The translations under genes were made by a program, and so were the position numbers. A stretch of 64,000 nt of DNA. Source: Eledone cirrhosa. Taxonomy: Eukaryota. A model generated the notes under the pieces. It was not told the DNA's origin. It did not search any database and saw nothing but the letters and a program-made list of their open reading frames with translations. The DNA is taken from the NCBI GenBank assembly GCA_964016885.1, contig OZ024744.1, positions 73,346,001 to 73,410,000 of the forward strand. The letters run 5' to 3'. Each line of letters starts with the position of its first letter. Position 1 is the stretch's first letter. Positions 54,055 through 64,000 of the stretch are shown here, in pieces.

Positions 54055-54252
54055 TATATATATGAAAAACGTAAAATAAGAAAATTATAGTAATTAGCTT
54101 ACTTACTTAAATTTCACTCCAACTAATTAGTTTCTCCATGGTCTCCATTTGGAGACTATGTATATTCCCTTTCAGAAACTAATTAGTTGGAGTGAAATTT
54201 AAGTAAGTAATCTAATTACTATAATTTTCTTATTTTACGTTTTTCATATATT
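54055..54252. mobile_element. Fold-back of the 45.4-kb family with hammerhead 3' half
   Basis: TATGAAAAACGTAAAATAAG...CCAACTAATTAGTTTCT is mirrored by AGAAACTAATTAGTTGG...TTTACGTTTTTCATA. Confidence 0.8.
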
Positions 54253-54404
54253 TTACGTCTTTCATGTTCTGCATCCCCTTGCATTGAACCACAAAGTTAC
54301 TAAGACAAAACCTATATATTTGCTTGCATAGGTATACATCTGTACATATATGTTGGTAGATATACTAATTCTTTATATATATATATATTGAGAATAGGAT
54401 GGGT

Positions 54405-55170
54405 GTGTATTTGCTAGTAAAGTTAAGTTTAAGAATGGAATGAGAATAAGAAGAAAGCAAGAACGGGGCGGGGGGGTCCTCATCAGTTGTCTACTTCTAC
54501 TGGAGTTCTCGGATATTTCAACGCTTTAAAGACCCCCAGAGCCATCTACCCCCAGAGCGTTCAATAACCGGGTAGGTTATTGGGAAAACGGAGGAGGGAG
54601 AGAAGGAAAATAGAAAGGAAAAGAGGAAAAGGGAAGAAAAGGGAAACACCGAAAAAAAACAAATAAACCGAAGAATGTGCAGCAACTTAAGACAAGAGAA
54701 TCAAAGACCACAGCGGTAACAGAACATAAGTTCAAGAGCGTGTGATCGAACGAAAAAGACGCGACTGACCCAAGCGAGTGTAAGTAAGAAAAAGATTGCT
54801 AGAAGGACAGGCGAGGCTATCCGGTTATTGAACGCTCTGGTGAAGAAAACTTCCCCCACCGTTCTTGCTTTCTTCTTATTCTCATTCCATTTTTAAGCTT
54901 AACTTTACTAGCAACTACACAGCCATCTTATGCAATTGCTGTCGGTTTGTTCTAGTTTTTCGCTGCTTCCCTTTTCTTCCCTTTTTCCCTTTTCCCTTCT
55001 ATATTCCTTCTCTCCCTACTCCGTTTTCCCAATAACCTACCCGGTTATTGAACGCTCTGGGGGTAGATGTATTGTCTTTAAAGTGTTGAAATATCCGAGA
55101 CCCCCAGTAGACAACTGATGAGGAACCCACCTTGCGTTCTTTCTTTCCTCTTATTCTCATTCCGTTTTTA

Positions 55171-55175
<5 letters not shown>
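54405..55175. mobile_element. Diverged inverted, circularly permuted repeat module between (TA)n tracts
   Basis: 54410-54660 mirrors pieces at 54860-54920 and 54950-55175; CCGGTTATTGAACGCTCTGG occurs three times. Confidence 0.65.
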
Positions 55176-55237
<62 letters not shown>

Positions 55238-55308
55238 AGAAAGTAAAGCGACACAAATAAGAGATGGACATTCTCCCTTCATCAGTTGTCTACTACGAGT
55301 TAGATGTT

Positions 55309-55428
<120 letters not shown>

Positions 55429-55501
55429 GGGAGAAGAATATCGCCATCTTTGTATTAAAAAATAGTTTTTTCTCCGATAAATGAAAACTTTAGTAAGTAG
55501 A

Positions 55502-57107
<1,606 letters not shown>

Positions 57108-57514
57108 TGACTTTTTGTTTTTTTTCTTTTGAACTTGCATCCTCCAGATCCTACATTGATATCCTGGGGATATTTTAGTGTTTCATGTTAACATTGAAAT
57201 TAAAACGTGATACACGTTAACAAAATGATTTGAAGTATCATCTGTGATTTATCACTTGATTTTAAACATGGCGTATTGTTATTTTACACTAACGGTTTCT
57301 CTCACCTTAATATTCTAATTCTCTTTTGTCTGCATCCTTATCTACTCTTTTCTCTTCTCATTTACTCTTTATTTCTCTCTCTCACGACCGCCAACCCTCC
57401 ATAACTATCCCGTTTTCCTATTCCTTTCTCTCTCTACCGCCAACGCTCCTTAACTATCTTGTCTTCCATTCAAACTGCTATAGACTTTAGATACAATCAT
57501 TATTTAACTTTTTC

Positions 57515-57905
57515 GGCGGTGGATTGGCAGTATCAGTAGAGGGTCGGACGCGATGCTTTGCAGCATAGAGTTACGGCCCTTTATGATCTGAGTTCAAATC
57601 CCGCTGAGGTTAACTTTGCCTTTCATCCTTTCGGAGTCGATAAAATAAAGTACAAGTCACGCACTGGGGTCGATTTAATCGACTTTACCCATCCCCCCAA
57701 AATTGCTGGCCTTGTGCCTACATAAGAAACCATTATTTATCTTTTTCGGCTGTGGATTGGCAGTATCAGTAGAGGGTCGGACGCCATGCTTTGCAGCATA
57801 GGTACGTCCCTTTACAATCTGAGTTCAAAGCCCCTCGAGGTCAACTTTGTTTTTCAGCCATTTAAGTTCGATATAAAACGTACCAGTCTAATACTAGGGT
57901 CGATT
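57515..57905 (+). mobile_element. Two tandem SINE family 1 copies
   Basis: Long-tailed form at 57515-57737 and diverged copy at 57748-57905. Confidence 0.9.
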
Positions 57906-59162
57906 CTTTCTCTATATCTCTTTCTCATTTCCTCTCTCTCTCACTTTCTCTCCTTCTGTCAAAGAAATCTGTTGTATTCGGATCTGGAGAGTTGATGGGT
58001 TCAACCAGGTTTAAGAATTCCTTAGAAACGCGGTACGTCAGTATGGTGCCCCTACAACTCCCTCAGGAATTACAGGTTCATACACTATACGATATGATAT
58101 TTTTATCATCACTCACTAAGTTGTACGATTGTTACTATTGCAATCTTTTTTTCTATTGACTTTAGATTTATTTTCTCTTATATAGGGACTCTTCCTTAAT
58201 CTATCTGAACATTGCGTTGGTTCTAAGCGTCGATATGAGTATTAACTTGATGTTTTCTAATGAGTCACCATGTTCAAGTTGGTCAAGCATTGGTAGGTTT
58301 GTCTTGTTTTTGAATCCCTCTCAGTGCTCCTTAATCCTTTCTTCTATACTACATTTTTAGTTTTTAAGTTTATTTGTAGACTAACCTTTTAAACTATGCA
58401 AGTTTTGTCAGTACAAAGGTTCTGCTGATTAGGGATTTGATAGAGATGCTTGATTTTTCTATCACCTTCAATTTATCTAAAACCCTTCTAAATCTATAAG
58501 CTATATGGTCCTGTGGGTAACATTGACGAACAAACACTCTGATATTTTTGATGTCATATCGCTAGTTGGCCGTAACTACCATCAATACACTATTCTGCCC
58601 CATGATTTGCTCCTATATCACAGAAAAACCGATGGAGTAAATAAAACAAAATCAAAACGAAGACTAGATACAGAGGGGAAATCCTACTAACTGACTGGGT
58701 GTAATTCAGCAAGTTCATGTATCTTTATTGGCAGACTGATCCTCCCACATGTGTTTCAACACATGATTTCACATCAAGAATCTTACAAAACGATTACAAA
58801 GATACACATGCACACGCTCGCATACACGCTCTCAATAAAAGAAAGAAAACATATTTTTCTTTTTCGCTAGTCTTCTTCGATTACCGCCTTTTAAAACAAG
58901 ATCAACTTATATAACAACCCCAGTTTCCAAGAGATGGCAACTTGAATGGACTTGTTTTTTATCTAAGAAATGTTTTCTTCGTTTCTGCCACTGCCCACTC
59001 TCCCCCATCTTTCTATTTATTCTTTGATTTCTTATTTTATTTTCTGACAAACGACTGGCGTCCGAAACGTTAAGGCGCTTTTCCTACTATATCAAATTTA
59101 AAATTAACAATATATTTCGTCACTGTACTGTATAGTTTACTTTGTTATTTATGTTTGCTTTT

Positions 59163-59242
<80 letters not shown>

Positions 59243-59553
59243 TCTATGTTAAGAATCATTTATACGAAGATCTAAAATCAGAAAACTTAGAGGATTCGAA
59301 GGTTTTCTGGCGCTGTCATGTTTATTTTATATAAAGGTACCTTCAAGGTATAAAACGCATAAGGCACATTTTGAAGTGTAGAGGGATATCGTAATAAGGC
59401 TTGGGTTCCATCTCCATACTGTCCCATTTTTATATATGGTGTGTAAAAACTATACTGATATTGCAAAATCCGAAATACGAGACACTACCGATCCCAAGAA
59501 TTTGGGATAAAGGATTCCCAACCTGTATACACACACAAACACACATACAAATG

Positions 59554-59660
<107 letters not shown>

Positions 59661-59799
59661 ATACAAATACAAATACACACGTACACATACACACATATAT
59701 ATATATACAAATACACACACACAAATTCATACACATACACACGCACACAGATATATATATATATATACAAACACACAAACAGATTCATACACATACACA

Positions 59800-59841
<42 letters not shown>

Positions 59842-60490
59842 TATATACACACATACACATACATACACACATACACATACACATACAGCACACAGACAAA
59901 CACACACGTACACATTCACACACAAACACTCCAACGTCTACACCACACACACATTATTTTGTATACACTCCCCACGAAAAAAAGAAAACTAATGGAATAA
60001 GCAAAGAGACATGCAGGAAAATAAAATGGAAAGGAATTGAAATAGAACAAGAAATGTCATGTAAAAAACTACGATAAACATAGATGAGATTTTTACCTTT
60101 CTCTCTACCAAAAACAGCTAACGTATCTTCTATTAACTAAATGTGTGCACTCTGAACAGCTGATTGCAGTTGCATTACTGCAAATCGGCAGATTCATTGA
60201 GTGAGTTAGACGTTGGCCAGAGAACTTTGACTTAATACTAGCGATCTTCGTTACTTTTATTATATATATATATATATATATTGTTATATTTGGGGAGGGT
60301 CATATTTGCGTAATATTGTCAGAATTAATAACAGAACACACTCACTGTTTGGTTGGTTTTCGCTTCTCGCTGTCTTTTATATATATATATCTGCGATCTA
60401 ACTTACTCGGTCCTCAATGTTGCCATTGACTGACCGGCGGTCAAAAATAATACAGATACAATATAGACAAACACATATATATATAGTTTA

Positions 60491-60528
60491 CATAAATCTT
60501 TCGTTGCACATCTGCAACATCGTCAGTG
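60491..60528 (-). ncRNA. PLE hammerhead (left arm)
   Basis: Mirror of 62516-62553. Confidence 0.65.
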
Positions 60529-60802
60529 GTGTTATATTCATTGTTCCTCCTGTTGTGTTGTATGTCTACGCCATTTTTTTTGTTCAGTCTGTCTATATAT
60601 TTATTTATTTATTTATTTGCTTGTTTGTTTATCTTATTTTATTTTGTCTTCTTTGCGCATGCGTTTGCGTGTGTGTATAGTGTTATGTGTGATGTGTGAC
60701 TAGTGTGTATAGTGTTGTGTCTGCTGGGTGACTAGTGTGTGTTTATGTGCTTGTGTATGTATTTATTTATCTTATTTTATTTAATTTAATTTACTTATTT
60801 AT

Positions 60803-61504
60803 TTATACTTCTCTTAGGTCAGTGTTGTTTGTTTGGGTGTTGTTGTTGTTCCACTCATTCTTTCTGTTTAGCTTTGGTCTTCTAATTTCTATTTCACTGG
60901 CCTCTCTGATTTGCCTATCTGCTGGGTCATTCCTATGTTTAGATATTATTCTAATTTCTATGTTGTCTATGTTACCGTCATGATGTTGTCTAGCATGTTC
61001 GTATAGTACTGACCCGTTTTTTCGTCCTTTTAGTTCCCCCCAGTGTTGGTCTATCCTTTCACCTATGCTACGAGCTGTCTCACCTATGTATGTTGTTGTC
61101 GTGTTTCTGCAAGTACCCTCTGTACATCTTATGCTATAGACTACGTTTCTAGTTTTACAGTTTATCCGGGGGTTCACCTTACATATGATACATTTCCTAT
61201 TGGTACAGTGGGTTTTCTTAAAAGGGTAGGTTTTGCTGATCAGGGATTTTATGGTGGTTCCTGGCTTTTCTACCACCTTTATTTTTAAGTGGGTCTTTCT
61301 CAGGGCCTTTCTACACTGGTTAGCTAATTTCCCTCCAGGGGTGGCGTCCACAAACATGACACTCTGATATCTCTGGTTGTCGTACCATGATGTGGCCTTC
61401 CCTATCTTATGTCTAGCCCTATCTAAGCTATTCCATGATTTGCTCCTGTATAGTGGGCAAATTCCTTTCATGTCCAGTTCTATGAGGGTCTTATACTTTT
61501 CCAT
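60803..61504 (-). CDS. PLE Cys-rich linker plus GIY-YIG endonuclease (left arm, 233 aa)
   Basis: CTNRKCIIC..CKTRNVVYSIRC..YIGETARSIGER..H..RQIREA..LNRKNE; identical to the right arm. Confidence 0.85.
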   Translation of the reverse strand: MEKYKTLIELDMKGICPLYRSKSWNSLDRARHKIGKATSWYDNQRYQSVMFVDATPGGKLANQCRKALRKTHLKIKVVEKPGTTIKSLISKTYPFKKTHCTNRKCIICKVNPRINCKTRNVVYSIRCTEGTCRNTTTTYIGETARSIGERIDQHWGELKGRKNGSVLYEHARQHHDGNIDNIEIRIISKHRNDPADRQIREASEIEIRRPKLNRKNEWNNNNTQTNNTDLREV

Positions 61505-61539
61505 GGCTCCTTCGTATACTCAGAGTATACGAAGGAGCC

Positions 61540-62241
61540 ATGGAAAAGTATAAGACCCTCATAGAACTGGACATGAAAGGAATTTGCCCACTATACAGGA
61601 GCAAATCATGGAATAGCTTAGATAGGGCTAGACATAAGATAGGGAAGGCCACATCATGGTACGACAACCAGAGATATCAGAGTGTCATGTTTGTGGACGC
61701 CACCCCTGGAGGGAAATTAGCTAACCAGTGTAGAAAGGCCCTGAGAAAGACCCACTTAAAAATAAAGGTGGTAGAAAAGCCAGGAACCACCATAAAATCC
61801 CTGATCAGCAAAACCTACCCTTTTAAGAAAACCCACTGTACCAATAGGAAATGTATCATATGTAAGGTGAACCCCCGGATAAACTGTAAAACTAGAAACG
61901 TAGTCTATAGCATAAGATGTACAGAGGGTACTTGCAGAAACACGACAACAACATACATAGGTGAGACAGCTCGTAGCATAGGTGAAAGGATAGACCAACA
62001 CTGGGGGGAACTAAAAGGACGAAAAAACGGGTCAGTACTATACGAACATGCTAGACAACATCATGACGGTAACATAGACAACATAGAAATTAGAATAATA
62101 TCTAAACATAGGAATGACCCAGCAGATAGGCAAATCAGAGAGGCCAGTGAAATAGAAATTAGAAGACCAAAGCTAAACAGAAAGAATGAGTGGAACAACA
62201 ACAACACCCAAACAAACAACACTGACCTAAGAGAAGTATAA
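61540..62241 (+). CDS. PLE Cys-rich linker plus GIY-YIG endonuclease (right arm, 233 aa)
   Basis: Same motifs. The ATG is probably an internal Met of the parental RT-EN ORF. Confidence 0.85.
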   Translation: MEKYKTLIELDMKGICPLYRSKSWNSLDRARHKIGKATSWYDNQRYQSVMFVDATPGGKLANQCRKALRKTHLKIKVVEKPGTTIKSLISKTYPFKKTHCTNRKCIICKVNPRINCKTRNVVYSIRCTEGTCRNTTTTYIGETARSIGERIDQHWGELKGRKNGSVLYEHARQHHDGNIDNIEIRIISKHRNDPADRQIREASEIEIRRPKLNRKNEWNNNNTQTNNTDLREV

Positions 62242-62515
62242 ATAAATAAGTAAATTAAATAAAATAAAATAAGATAAATAAATACATACACAAGCACATA
62301 AACACACACTAGTCACCCAGCAGACACAACACTATACACACTAGTCACACATCACACATAACACTATACACACACGCAAACGCATGCGCAAAGAAGACAA
62401 AATAAAATAAGATAAACAAACAAGCAAATAAATAAATAAATAAATATATAGACAGACTGAACAAAAAAAATGGCGTAGACATACAACACAACAGGAGGAA
62501 CAATGAATATAACAC

Positions 62516-62553
62516 CACTGACGATGTTGCAGATGTGCAACGAAAGATTTATG
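62516..62553 (+). ncRNA. PLE hammerhead (right arm)
   Basis: CA-CUGACGA-U-GUUGCA-GAUG-UGCAAC-GAAAGAUUUA-UG: strong stem II, only 2-bp stem I. Confidence 0.65.
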
Positions 62554-62820
62554 TAAACTATATATATATGTGTTTGTCTATATTGTATCTGTATTATTTT
62601 TGACCGCCGGTCAGTCAATGGCAACATTGAGGACCGAGTAAGTTAGATCGCAGATATATATATATAAAAGACAGCGAGAAGCGAAAACCAACCAAACAGT
62701 GAGTGTGTTCTGTTATTAATTCTGGCAATATTACGCAAATATGACCCTCCCCAAATATAACAATATCTGTTTCGACACACGATTTCATATAAAAAACCTC
62801 GCAAAACTAATTCATCGCCG

Positions 62821-62896
<76 letters not shown>

Positions 62897-63106
62897 CGTT
62901 TCTGAATTTGTTTAGCAAGATTCTTTATCTGAAAACGTGTGTTAAAACCGATATTGTTATACTTTGGGAGGGTCATGTTGCCAATAAGAAACACATGCAC
63001 CAGTTGCTTTCACTCCAATTTATTATAAATTAAATTTATAAATTTAAGAATTTATAAATTTACGGTTGGTTGGTTGGTTCAACAACCGGACGGTTGTTCA
63101 TATATT

Positions 63107-63149
63107 GTCAAAGTTCTTTCGTCACACATTCTGTGACCTCTTCAGTGAC
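63107..63149 (-). ncRNA. Hammerhead ribozyme (left arm)
   Basis: Mirror of 63295-63337. Confidence 0.78.
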
Positions 63150-63294
63150 TGGGGACTCTTTTCTCTGTTTTTGTGCCTCTCCTTTGTTCTGTCCAACGCC
63201 ATCTTGTTTTTGTGTGTGTGTTCACACACACTAAAAGAAGATGGCGTAGGACAGAACAAAGGAGACACACAAAAAACAAAGAAAAGAATCTCCA

Positions 63295-63337
63295 GTCACT
63301 GAAGAGGTCACAGAATGTGTGACGAAAGAACTTTGAC
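63295..63337 (+). ncRNA. Hammerhead ribozyme (right arm)
   Basis: GUCA-CUGAAGA-G-GUCACA-GAAUG-UGUGAC-GAAAG-AA-CUU-UGAC. Confidence 0.78.
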
Positions 63338-63756
63338 AATATATGAACAACCGTCCGGTTGTTGAACCAACCAACCAACCGTAAATTTATAAATTCTTAA
63401 ATTTATAAATTTAATTTATAATAAATTGGAGTGAAAGCAACTGGTGCATGTGTTTCTTATTGGCAACATGACCCTCCCAAAGTATAACAATATCGGTTTT
63501 AACACATATAAGAGAGGGTGTAAATAGGAGGAAGGCAAGAAAGAAATACATACATAAATATTTAAATGAATAAGAAAACGGATAAGAAAAACACCAACCA
63601 CAATTTTCAGCATATTTTTAAATCTAGGAAAAATCCTCCTTACAACAAACTCTTGGCTAATTTCGAAAACGAAATTATAAATATACTAAGGAATATACAA
63701 TTTCAAAAAAACCCATATAGAGGCCAGGAATACCTTAGAGGTCTAAAGGAAATGAT

Positions 63757-63946
63757 TAATTGTTTCTACTTTCGGCACAAGGCCAGCAATTACCTAGTGC
63801 ATTACTGGTACTTTATTTTATCGACCCCGTAAGGATGAAAGGCAAAGTTAACCTCGGCGGGATTTGAACTCAGATCGTAAAGGGACGTAACTATGCTGGA
63901 AAGCATGGCGTCCGACGCTCTACCGATACTGACAATCCACCGCCTT
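63757..63946 (-). mobile_element. SINE family 1 copy
   Basis: Full-length match to the consensus. Confidence 0.92.
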
Positions 63947-64000
63947 GAATAATTAATGACATACAGAAAGTAAATAAAATATTAGTGAAAACAGACAAAA

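Larger units (their letters stand above)
60278..62766. mobile_element. 2.49-kb near-perfect palindrome of a 5'-truncated Penelope-like element
   Basis: Arms mirror about base 61522 (..TATACTC-A-GAGTATA..); only two mismatches seen. Confidence 0.95.
62938..63506. mobile_element. 569-bp non-coding fold-back element with two hammerheads
   Basis: Arms mirror about ~63222 and share a terminal motif with the adjacent PLE. Confidence 0.92.

Noticed and set aside
54470-55300. ACAACTGATGA motifs (54478-, 55112+, 55278-) as hammerheads
   Set aside because: No GAAA/UH at a compatible position. The nearby AACGCT/AGCGTT-GAAATATC half lacks a canonical CUGANGA.
58250-58700. Possible decayed CR1-like 3' end on the minus strand
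   Set aside because: Similarity is too faint to support by eye.
60803-62241. Stand-alone homing endonuclease or domesticated host gene pair
   Set aside because: The ORF begins in PLE thumb/linker sequence at a truncation apex and is followed by a hammerhead-bearing terminal repeat, so a PLE remnant explains it better.

Overview
A repeat-dominated, AT-rich animal genomic window with no host protein-coding gene that I can recognise. The SINE family and the very high (TA)n/(CA)n/(TATG)n load suggest an octopod cephalopod (inference). Most listed ORFs are microsatellite artefacts. The real coding remnants all belong to retroelements: an RTE LINE with a twin-priming-type 5' inversion and an 11-bp TSD, a second inverted RTE fragment, a near-complete degenerate Tx1 LINE, R4/Dong-type RLE LINEs stacked at (TATG)n, decayed CR1-like LINEs, and Penelope-like elements (PLEs) with GIY-YIG endonucleases. 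There are also about 20 tRNA-derived SINE copies and three non-autonomous Helitrons. The main signal that ordinary annotation would miss is about 17 minimal type I hammerhead ribozymes (CUGANGA...GAAA..UH cores with stems checked by eye), from roughly 11 sequence families. Most lie in fold-back (inverted-repeat) PLE-derived modules at (TA)n tracts, including a near-perfect 2.49-kb palindrome carrying two identical GIY-YIG ORFs. All folds and alignments were made by eye; no searches were run.
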